DNA from: Microcoleaceae cyanobacterium
GTDB lineage: Bacteria; Cyanobacteriota; Cyanobacteriia; Cyanobacteriales; Microcoleaceae
DNA length: 50,593 nucleotides
NCBI GenBank assembly: GCA_051652765.1
Contig: JBOFUV010000050.1
Coordinates: 1 to 50,593 of the forward strand
Direction: 5' to 3'
Shown here: in pieces, positions 1-7,376 of the stretch
Layout: the number at the start of each line of letters is the position of its first letter
Position numbering within the stretch: the first letter of the stretch is position 1
Translations under genes and position numbers: made by a program
The notes under the pieces: generated by a model
Told to the model about the DNA's origin: nothing
The model's input: only the letters and a program-made list of their open reading frames with translations
Databases searched by the model: none

Positions 1-601
1 GTAAAATATGCACCCAAATTAATCGTCGAGGTCTCGCTCCAATTGCTCGCGCTGCGGTGACAAAATCCATTTCTCGGGTTGTCAAAAAACTCGCCCGAAC
101 GAGCCGAGCAACGGACATCCAGGTCAAGCCGCCAACGACCAGAACAATGAGCATGAAAATTCCCAGTTCTGGCCCCGCGATCGCCTTCATCGGTTCTCGA
201 AACAAATAGATGATCAACAGCAATAAAGGTAACTGAGGCAGAGAAATAAACAGATCGGTGACTCGCATGAGGACATTGTCCAGAATGCCCCCGTAGAATC
301 CTGCGATCGCCCCAATCAAGGTTCCTAAAGAAATTGCAACGATCATTGCCGTGACTCCAACCGTCAGGGAAATTCTGCCCCCAGCCAGGATTCGTGCCAG
401 TTGATCTTGGCCTAAATCATTGGTACCAAACGGATGTTCCCAACTTGGTGGCGCTGCCGATTGTCCAAAGTCAATTTGATCAATCGCAGTTGGATAAATG
501 AACGGCCCAACTAACACTGCCAGGAGGATTGACAGCAACACGATTGTTCCTAAAACAGCCATCTTATCTCGACGAAATCTACGCCATGGGTCTCCGTCCA
601 A
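1..601 (-). CDS. Oligopeptide/dipeptide ABC transporter permease (OppC/DppC family), runs off the left edge
   Basis: Hand translation of the minus strand from TTG at 601: LDGDPWRRFRRDKMAVLGTI...HPFGTNDLGQD...WMSVARLVRASFLTTREMDFVTAARAIGARPRRLIWVHIL (EAA-type loop). Not in the ORF track because it is truncated. Confidence 0.9.
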   Translation of the reverse strand, partial: MDGDPWRRFRRDKMAVLGTIVLLSILLAVLVGPFIYPTAIDQIDFGQSAAPPSWEHPFGTNDLGQDQLARILAGGRISLTVGVTAMIVAISLGTLIGAIAGFYGGILDNVLMRVTDLFISLPQLPLLLLIIYLFREPMKAIAGPELGIFMLIVLVVGGLTWMSVARLVRASFLTTREMDFVTAARAIGARPRRLIWVHIL

Positions 602-646
602 TTTTTTACCGATCCTCTAGAATTACTAAAGCAGAGATTAACCTTA

Positions 647-712
647 TCATTTCTGACGGTTGGGTTTACAGATGAAACAGTGATTGATGGAGTTGGAGAT
701 GACATCTTTATT
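647..712 (+). pseudogene. Possible orphan fragment of a secreted/surface-protein domain
   Basis: Reads SFLTVGFTDETVIDGVGDDIFI within an open frame that ends at TAA 790, with no ATG start seen upstream. Protein-like and reminiscent of cyanobacterial surface/RTX-associated domains, from recall only. Confidence 0.3.
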
Positions 713-774
713 AATCTGGGTTCCTTAGCTCAGGAGCAGTACTATCGGCCTGATTTTTTAGCCAGCGCGCCTAG

Positions 775-782
775 GCGATCGC
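775..782. repeat. HIP1 octamer GCGATCGC (representative copy; many copies across the window)
   Basis: Copies at 177, 303, 775, 7710 and many later positions. None seen between 783 and 7709. Confidence 0.9.
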
Positions 783-846
783 TGAATTAAACCCTGGAAA
801 AGTAGCCGTTCAAGGTTGAGCGAAATGCGGATGCAGGTACGGAGTG

Positions 847-1177
847 AGATCAAGGCGGGTTTGGTAAAAGATCAACGCGGGTTTGGTATTAAGATCAAGG
901 CGGGTTTGGTGTGAGATCAACGCGGGTTTAGAGAAAGATCAACGCGGGTTTGGTGTGAGATCAATGCGGGTTTGGTATGAGATCAACGCGGGTTTAGAGA
1001 AAGATCAAGGCGGGTTTGGTATGAGATCAACGCGGGTTTAGTGTGAGATCAACGCGGGTGCGAAGCATGATCAACTTAATCTTAGTGTGAGATCAACGGG
1101 CAAGCACTCTGTGATCAAGTTGATCTGAGTGTGAGATCACTGCGGGTTCGATGAACGATCAATCTGAACTTAAGCGT
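847..1177 (+). repeat. 22-bp tandem repeat array, 15 units, consensus AGATCAACGCGGGTTTGGTRTG
   Basis: Units start at 847, 869, 892, 914, 936, 958, 980, 1002, 1024, 1046, 1068, 1090, 1112, 1134 and 1156 (one 23-bp step, the rest 22). Units 1-9 are well conserved; units 10-15 are degenerate but keep GATCA in phase. Confidence 0.95.
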
Positions 1178-1240
1178 AACCCACCACGGATTTATTCAAT
1201 CATCAAGCTAGAAATAATCTCTTCTATTATTCTTCAGAAG

Positions 1241-1387
1241 ATATCTTGAAACTTTCAGGATAATCCTCGAATTAGGTTGTATATCCAGAAAGTTGCAGTA
1301 TAATCGCACTATCAGGGTAGATTATATGGAAAGTTTCAGGGTAATCATCCCAAATTCGATGGTTATGTGGAGAGTTTCTACATAATA
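1241..1387 (+). repeat. Four ~25-bp imperfectly palindromic boxes at 40-41-bp spacing, candidate integrase/regulator binding sites
   Basis: ATATCTTGAAACTTTCAGGATAATC (1241), ATATCCAGAAAGTTGCAGTATAATC (1281), TTATATGGAAAGTTTCAGGGTAATC (1322), TTATGTGGAGAGTTTCTACATAATA (1363). Confidence 0.7.
1277..1304 (+). promoter_or_regulatory. Candidate sigma70 promoter (Pc-like) reading into the cassette array
   Basis: TTGTAT (1277-1282), 16-nt spacer, perfect TATAAT (1299-1304), about 90 bp upstream of the putative attI crossover. Confidence 0.4.
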
Positions 1388-1398
1388 ACTAGTTACAT
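1380..1398 (+). other. Putative attI-like recombination simple site
   Basis: ACATAAT-AACTA-GTTACAT has the L/5-bp spacer/R(GTT) geometry of attI. The sequence starting at this GTT is homologous to the sequence following the attC R' GTT at 50324 (minus strand), which marks it as a cassette junction. Confidence 0.6.
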
Positions 1399-1605
1399 TG
1401 CCAGCGCACCACAGTTTCCCTGTGAAGTTGAACCGAAGGGCGACTGACTATGTTGAGAGAGGGTTTGCATCATCTGCGCTGGTCGTTCTGCTGAGTTAAG
1501 AGACGGTCAGCTCGCCCAAGCCAAGCTAACAAATCACTGCACCCGACCTGCAATAGTATTATTGGATTAATTTCAAAGGTTATCTGCGGCAGGTGAGTTC
1601 AACCA
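1393..1605 (+). mobile_element. ORF-less (empty) gene cassette 1
   Basis: Lies between the GTT at 1392 and attC1. Ends ...CAAGCTAAC, roughly complementary to its start GTTACATTG. Only a 14-codon ATG ORF (1450-1494) was noticed. Confidence 0.6.
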
Positions 1606-1611
1606 TTGGGC
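1524..1611 (+). other. attC site 1 (88 bp)
   Basis: R'' AGCTAAC; L'' ACT-G-CACCCG pairs with L' CAGGTG-AGT with an extrahelical G; R' ATTGGGC (GTT changed to ATT). Central TCAAAGGTTATCTGC motif shared with the other attC sites. Confidence 0.75.
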
Positions 1612-4600
1612 TGCTAAGCGTACACCTCGGTCAACTTGAGTTTGGTTATTTGCTGACAGAGATAAGCAGTAAATTTTAAGGGAATTCGGTAGCGTATAGA
1701 TACAAGCAAAATTTCATGGCGGCGTTTTAATAAACTTGTCACCTCTGTTTAAAGAAAAATTTGCTGCTTTGCTAGATGCCGGAATACAGTAGATCTAGAA
1801 ACGCCAATTAAATAGCCCTTAGCCTATGTCTAAAGCTGAACTTATTGGAAAATCGCACAATGCCCATTTAGGTTGGTTGTTGAATACCTGGATGAGTAGA
1901 AGCAGTTCTCCCGTTTGTTTTCTAGAGGGTTTTCCTGGAACAGGCAAAACTACTATTGCTAGAGAGATGCTCACGCGAATGCACGCTTCAAAGGGAACTG
2001 CCATTATGATTACTGCACCGGAAACGGAGGCAGATCCTACCGATAATCTATTACTCGACTTGGCAATGGAATTAAATAGTGCAGGACGAGATGAACTCGC
2101 AAAAGCGATAGAGAACAATCGCCCATTGTTAGATGTCCTAAGTACTATAGTTAATGACCCTATTCTCATCATTATTGACGAATTTCAGCGTTCGATGCAA
2201 GGTACAAGAGCAATCACTTTGGGTGGCTTTGCCAAGGTGTTAAGTACTCTAGCAAATCGAAAATGGCTGAAAGGACGTATTCTGCTGCTTACCAATCGTC
2301 TTGTAGAACGAGCTAGGTGGTCTGAAGCATATGCCATACGAACATTAAACGGAATGTCTCCGGATGATGGTGTGGAATTACTAGAGCATCTTGCACAAGA
2401 GGATCAGCGATTAGATGAAATTGCTCCAGAACGTCGTCATGATGTCGTTAAATGGCTAGGTGGAAATCCCAGGGCAATCAAATTGCTTGTAAGAAGTTTA
2501 GCTTATGACTCTCTTGATGATTTGATCGGCATACAACCTGAGTTATGGGAGATGAATGATCAAGAGGTTTCTGCTGATCTGGTTGAGGATTTAGAACGAC
2601 AAATACTTGAGAAAACGCTAAATCAGCTTTCTGATTTAACTCTTCTTTGCTTGTATAGTCTTGCAGTACATCGTAAACCCTTTAAGCGACAAGCAATAGA
2701 GTACTTATTTAGTGACAAAGCAGAATACGCTCAATTTAAACGAGATTGCATAGACCGTTTTTTGATGGAACAACACAATAGTTGGTTTACCCTACATCCA
2801 ATTGCCCGTGAGATTGGCTTACAGAAACTAGGGCAATTGCCTAATGGTCTTCAGCAAGCTCATAATGCTGCATCACGGTATTACACACGACACTTTGAAG
2901 CACAGCAGATTGTTGGCTGGGGAGCTTTAGGAGGTTACTTTGTTGAATCGCGCTACCATTTGGTCAAAGCAGGACGACCAGATGATCTCAAGAATATTGC
3001 TCCTCGTTTTCAAAGCCATGTTTTTTCTACGCTTAGTGGGTCTTCTCCTATACCTCATGATCGTGAAGAACGAGATGAGCGCATCGCAGTACTTTCAGCT
3101 TTATTAGAAACACCTGGTCCTAAAAGCTTAGAGTACCATCTTGCTCGTTTATTTCAAGCACGAAACCAACGTAATGACCTTGGGCGTGCCCTGCACCACG
3201 CTCATCGAGCAAAATCTGAAAAAAGTAGTGTTGCTTGGCTGTTATGCAGTGAATTATTGATTCAAATGGAACGGTATGAAGAAAGCATTAATATACTAAA
3301 ACAAGGTATTGATCGAGTTTCTCCCGAAAGTAATCTTGCAGACTTATTCACCAGATGTAGTAAGCTGCTAGCTCAAAATAAAAGGTACGATGAAGCAATT
3401 AGTTTACTTTTGACAGGCATTGATCGCATTCCTCCTGATAAGAGTCTTGCCTCTTTATACATCACTTGTGGTGGTTTGCTGTCCGAAATGAAACGACACA
3501 GCGAAGCAATTACTCTATTACAGCAAGGGATAGATCAGATACCCATAGATAAAAGTCTTGCTGATTTATTTAACAGATGTAGTGGATTGCTAGTTGAGAT
3601 GGAACAATATGACAAAGCAATTGCTGTACTGAAACGTGGAATCAAGCAAATTCCTACTGACAAAAGTCTCGTTATTTTGTATCATAGCTATGGCGAACTT
3701 TTAGCCAAACTGGGAAAATACGATGAAGCAATTAAAGTACTAGAACAGGGTATTAAGCGTATCCCAGTTGATAAAAGTCTTACTACTTTATATTACAGTT
3801 GTGGAAACTTACTAGCACAGACAGGAAAAACAACTAAAGCAATCGTTGTGCTGAAGCAAGGTATTAATCATATTCATATTGACAAGTGTTTATTTCCTCT
3901 ATACTCCCGTTGCGGAGAGTTGATGTTTCAGGTTGGTCATCGGGATGATGCAATCTCCTTGCTTAGAGAGGGAATTGATCGTATCCCACCGGAGCAAGGT
4001 GCTTCAATAATTTATCATACCTGTGCGAAACTGCTGATTCTTTCAAACAAAGCAATTGAAGCTATTGAGATCTTGTCAAAAGGTATTACTGAAATACCTG
4101 TGCAGTATAACCCATATTCATTAGTCGAGTTTATTCTTCTACTTTATGCAGCACTCCGTGATGAACATGAGTTAAATCGCTTTCTTCAAACAATTAAAGG
4201 AATACAGCCACAACACGCTGCTCTTGCAAAAACTCTTTTACAGCAATTGCAAAGCCGATACGAAAGTGCAGCAGAATACGCGAAGAACCTGCGTAAAAGT
4301 GGTACGCGATATCCTTTGCTATCTACCATTGAAGCCTTTTCATGGTTGTGCTGCGGTCAGCCAGAGCGGGCATTAGATGCTATTTTTGTGAATTTAAAAG
4401 AAGGGAAGTATTTTGATCAATGGTTACATGCTTTCATTCAGCTACGGCTAGGCAATTTTGATGAAGCAAAGCAGGCACTTACAACCTATGAAGCTCCAAT
4501 AAGTCTACTGCAAGATGAGGTTGACGAAACAACTTTACTGAGTTTGTGGGATCAACCCTCAGAGAATTTGGAAAACTATGATCTTGCTTACTATTTTCCA

Positions 4601-5911
4601 ACTTTGCCAACTGCACTTACAGGCTTACCGTATCCTGTAACAAGGATTGTTTACCATTCTTCAGTACTGCCTGCCCACATCAAATCAAAAAGTTCTGCTT
4701 TGAGTCGTCCAACTCAAAAGCATGAAAGTAAAACAAGAAATATTAAAGTAGAGGCAATAGATATGCAAGAGAATTACGTTGATTTTGACCTGCACATTGC
4801 AGCCGACGGTCATGCTACTGCTAAGTCTCCAGAAGGAGAGGCTACTGCTGATATTTCGACTCAACAACCTAGTAGCATTCGATTATCTTTGGAACTAATT
4901 GAACGGCGAAAGACAGATGCTGATTTACTGAAGGAGGTGGGGCGATCTCTGTATGACTGGCTTTTCCCAAATTCCATTCATACCCATCTTCAACAGACTG
5001 AAGCTGTGGCTAGACAGAATAAAGCGAAGTTACGCTTACGGTTGAGAGTTGAATCTCCAACAATTGCTAGTTTACCTCTAGAATTTATCTATCGTGCTAT
5101 GGGTGGCTACTTTTTGGCTGCCAATCCTGATACGGTTTTTTCCCGCTATCTGAATTTACCTCTTCCGCAAGAGCGTGTACGTCGTCGTGATACTCCTTTG
5201 CATGTGCTAGCAATTGTGGCTGATCCAACCGACCAAGTACGTCTCGATCCAGACGAGTGGGAAACAATTCTAAAAGAGGCTTTGGATGCACAGTTAACCG
5301 ATGGCAATATGACATTACAGATAGTCAAGAGGGCTACCTACCAAGAAATTCGCAACGCTCTATTGGCGCAAAAGCCTGACGTTATTCAGTTTGTTGGACA
5401 CGGCATCTATAAAGATGGTAAGGGTCATTTAGCACTGGTGGATGAGGATACCAATCAAACTTGGTCAGTAGATGGCGAGCGGTTTGCAAACATTTTTATG
5501 GGCTACAACGACCATCTAGGTCTGATCAGCATGGCAACTTGTGAGAGTGCCCAAAGCGATAACCCACAGGGTTTTTTAGGTATCGCACCACAATTGGTTC
5601 AGCGGGGAACACCCGCTGTGGTGGCAATGCAGTACAGTGTATACATTAAAACAGCTAAAGTTTTTCTAGAGGATTTCTATACTTGTGTAGCATCCCACAA
5701 ACCTATAGATTGGGCTGTGCAATCAGCAAGGAACGCCATATCGTTAAAATTTGGACTTGGTGATCGTGAGTTTGCAACACCTGTTCTTTACATGCGCGCA
5801 AAAGATGGCAACATATTCTGATAACCCGCAGCCCAACAACCCGGTTGGAGCGGACTGGCAAGGCTGGTCGGTTGTGTCTCAAAGGTTGTCGGCAGCCGCT
5901 CAACCGGAACG
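1606..5911 (+). mobile_element. Large integron-type gene cassette 2 (~4.3 kb) carrying the STAND-TPR-CHAT gene
   Basis: Cassette start TTGGGCTGC (1606-1614) is the exact reverse complement of GCAGCCCAA (5828-5836) at attC2 R''. The single gene stops 10 bp before R''. Confidence 0.8.
1826..5821 (+). CDS. STAND (NB-ARC-like) NTPase + 37-aa TPR-like repeats + C-terminal CHAT caspase-like protease
   Basis: Walker A GFPGTGKT (aa 35-42), Walker B LIIIDE, sensor ILLLTNR, GGNPRAI (GxP), LHP (MHD-like); repeats such as YDEAISLLLTGIDRIPPDKSLASLY at a 111-nt period; CHAT dyad FVGHG (H1192) and ATCES (C1239), plus VVAMQ and ATPVLY. Confidence 0.88.
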   Translation: MSKAELIGKSHNAHLGWLLNTWMSRSSSPVCFLEGFPGTGKTTIAREMLTRMHASKGTAIMITAPETEADPTDNLLLDLAMELNSAGRDELAKAIENNRPLLDVLSTIVNDPILIIIDEFQRSMQGTRAITLGGFAKVLSTLANRKWLKGRILLLTNRLVERARWSEAYAIRTLNGMSPDDGVELLEHLAQEDQRLDEIAPERRHDVVKWLGGNPRAIKLLVRSLAYDSLDDLIGIQPELWEMNDQEVSADLVEDLERQILEKTLNQLSDLTLLCLYSLAVHRKPFKRQAIEYLFSDKAEYAQFKRDCIDRFLMEQHNSWFTLHPIAREIGLQKLGQLPNGLQQAHNAASRYYTRHFEAQQIVGWGALGGYFVESRYHLVKAGRPDDLKNIAPRFQSHVFSTLSGSSPIPHDREERDERIAVLSALLETPGPKSLEYHLARLFQARNQRNDLGRALHHAHRAKSEKSSVAWLLCSELLIQMERYEESINILKQGIDRVSPESNLADLFTRCSKLLAQNKRYDEAISLLLTGIDRIPPDKSLASLYITCGGLLSEMKRHSEAITLLQQGIDQIPIDKSLADLFNRCSGLLVEMEQYDKAIAVLKRGIKQIPTDKSLVILYHSYGELLAKLGKYDEAIKVLEQGIKRIPVDKSLTTLYYSCGNLLAQTGKTTKAIVVLKQGINHIHIDKCLFPLYSRCGELMFQVGHRDDAISLLREGIDRIPPEQGASIIYHTCAKLLILSNKAIEAIEILSKGITEIPVQYNPYSLVEFILLLYAALRDEHELNRFLQTIKGIQPQHAALAKTLLQQLQSRYESAAEYAKNLRKSGTRYPLLSTIEAFSWLCCGQPERALDAIFVNLKEGKYFDQWLHAFIQLRLGNFDEAKQALTTYEAPISLLQDEVDETTLLSLWDQPSENLENYDLAYYFPTLPTALTGLPYPVTRIVYHSSVLPAHIKSKSSALSRPTQKHESKTRNIKVEAIDMQENYVDFDLHIAADGHATAKSPEGEATADISTQQPSSIRLSLELIERRKTDADLLKEVGRSLYDWLFPNSIHTHLQQTEAVARQNKAKLRLRLRVESPTIASLPLEFIYRAMGGYFLAANPDTVFSRYLNLPLPQERVRRRDTPLHVLAIVADPTDQVRLDPDEWETILKEALDAQLTDGNMTLQIVKRATYQEIRNALLAQKPDVIQFVGHGIYKDGKGHLALVDEDTNQTWSVDGERFANIFMGYNDHLGLISMATCESAQSDNPQGFLGIAPQLVQRGTPAVVAMQYSVYIKTAKVFLEDFYTCVASHKPIDWAVQSARNAISLKFGLGDREFATPVLYMRAKDGNIF

Positions 5912-5917
5912 TTGTCT
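5831..5917 (+). other. attC site 2 (87 bp)
   Basis: R'' GCCCAAC; L'' CCGGTTG-G-AGCGG pairs perfectly with L' CCGCTCAACCGG apart from the extrahelical G; R' GTTGTCT; central TCAAAGGTTGTCGGC. Confidence 0.88.
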
Positions 5918-5965
5918 GTTAAGCTACTTGTGTACTTCATTTTTTCAGTCTTGCTTCTCTCTCTA

Positions 5966-5987
5966 AGATACCAAATGGGTTCTATAG
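5966..5987 (+). mobile_element. Isolated IS5-family right end
   Basis: AGATACCAAATGGGTTCTATAG matches 21/22 the sequence right after the IS5 transposase stop (50247-50268). Confidence 0.7.
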
Positions 5988-6243
5988 AAGCTTAGACCAC
6001 AAACCATACAAAAATTGCTCACCTGCTAGGAAGTCAATTGACAGAAAATTGACCAGAATTTGTATCCTAGAAATCGAGATTGCAAATGCGAGAAACAACG
6101 CGGGAAACAAAGATAGTTTCTCAACGGACATCTCCTTTGAAAGATCTGCTGCAAATGGCAGGAATTGACCCACAGCGAGTAAGTTAGAGAGTTGTCCTGA
6201 ACAAAATTGTGGCAGACTACTAGAATTACTCCTTAAATGAACA

Positions 6244-7314
6244 ATGCTAAATTCCCTGGATGTTAATGCTGTTTTAGAGGTGCTTCAACCCGTTCAAGAT
6301 CCAGAACTCAACAAAAGTCTGGTGGAGTTGAACATGATTCGGAATGTCAAGATTGCGAATGGAGACGTGAGCTTTACCCTGGTTCTGACAACCCCTGCCT
6401 GCCCACTCAGGGAGTTTATTGTTGAGGATTGCCAAAGGGCGGTGAAACAACTTCCTGGCGTAACCAATGTGATTGTAGACGTGACTGCCGAAACTCCCCA
6501 GCAAAAGGCTCTCCCCGATCGACAAGGCATTGAGGGAGTGAAAAACATCCTAGCAATTTCTAGCGGCAAGGGCGGTGTCGGCAAAAGTACTGTTGCGGTG
6601 AATGTAGCCGTTGCCCTCGCTCAGGCCGGTGCAAAAGTTGGGCTGATTGATGCGGATATCTATGGCCCCAATGACCCCACGATGTTAGGACTATCCGACG
6701 CTCAAATTATGGTGCGTCAAGGCCCTCAGGGAGAGGTGCTAGAACCTGCCTTTAATCATGGCGTAAAGCTGGTTTCCATGGCATTTTTAATTGACAAGGA
6801 TCAACCTGTCATCTGGCGCGGCCCGATGTTGAATGGGATTATTCGCCAATTTCTTTACCAAGTGATGTGGGGAGAATTAGATTATTTGATTGTCGATATG
6901 CCCCCTGGAACAGGGGATGCTCAGTTAACGCTGGCTCAAGCTGTTCCTCTGGCAGGGGTTGTGATTGTCACCACACCGCAAACGGTTTCTCTGCTGGATG
7001 CTCGCAAGGGACTTCGCATGTTCCAACAGTTAGGAGTTTCGATTTTGGGCATTGTGGAAAATATGAGTTATTTCATCCCGCCGGACATGCCCGATAAAAA
7101 GTACGACATCTTTGGGTCAGGTGGGGGCGAGGCCACTGCAAAGGAATTAGGAGTGCCGTTGTTGGGAGGAATTCCCCTGGAAATGCCTGTGCGTCAGGGA
7201 GGTGACATCGGAGTTCCCATTGTGGTGTCTCAGCCTGAATCCGCATCCGCACAAGCCCTGAAATCGATTGCCCAACAGATTGCAGCAAAGGTTTCGATTG
7301 CCGCGCTGACCTGA
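6244..7314 (+). CDS. mrp: Mrp/ApbC/NBP35 iron-sulfur cluster carrier ATPase
   Basis: N-terminal FeS-assembly domain (TTPACPLR), SGKGGVGKST, DADIYGP, WRGPM, DMPPGTGD. Confidence 0.95.
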   Translation: MLNSLDVNAVLEVLQPVQDPELNKSLVELNMIRNVKIANGDVSFTLVLTTPACPLREFIVEDCQRAVKQLPGVTNVIVDVTAETPQQKALPDRQGIEGVKNILAISSGKGGVGKSTVAVNVAVALAQAGAKVGLIDADIYGPNDPTMLGLSDAQIMVRQGPQGEVLEPAFNHGVKLVSMAFLIDKDQPVIWRGPMLNGIIRQFLYQVMWGELDYLIVDMPPGTGDAQLTLAQAVPLAGVVIVTTPQTVSLLDARKGLRMFQQLGVSILGIVENMSYFIPPDMPDKKYDIFGSGGGEATAKELGVPLLGGIPLEMPVRQGGDIGVPIVVSQPESASAQALKSIAQQIAAKVSIAALT

Positions 7315-7376
7315 TCCTTAACCCGATCTTGAATTCAACCCAACTCTTTTAACCTCACCTTTTAAGGGAGTGATCC

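Noticed and set aside
847..1177. CRISPR array or guide-RNA array
   Set aside because: The whole unit is 22 bp, the variable parts are only a few bases and recur, and no cas or other guide-associated gene is in the window.
602..1240. Integron integrase gene or remnant
   Set aside because: No ORF of 60 aa or more in the track and no tyrosine-recombinase motif recognised by eye.
1241..1387. Degenerate mini-CRISPR or Tn7/TnsB end
   Set aside because: Intervening segments are only about 16 bp, I saw no terminal TGT...ACA end and there are no tns genes; the attI-like geometry explains it better.
5703..5966. Short ORFs 5703-5903 (-) and 5751-5966 (+)
   Set aside because: They overlap the CHAT C-terminus and run through attC2; spurious.
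5988..6243. Gene remnant between the IS5 end and mrp
   Set aside because: Only short open stretches with no identifiable family.
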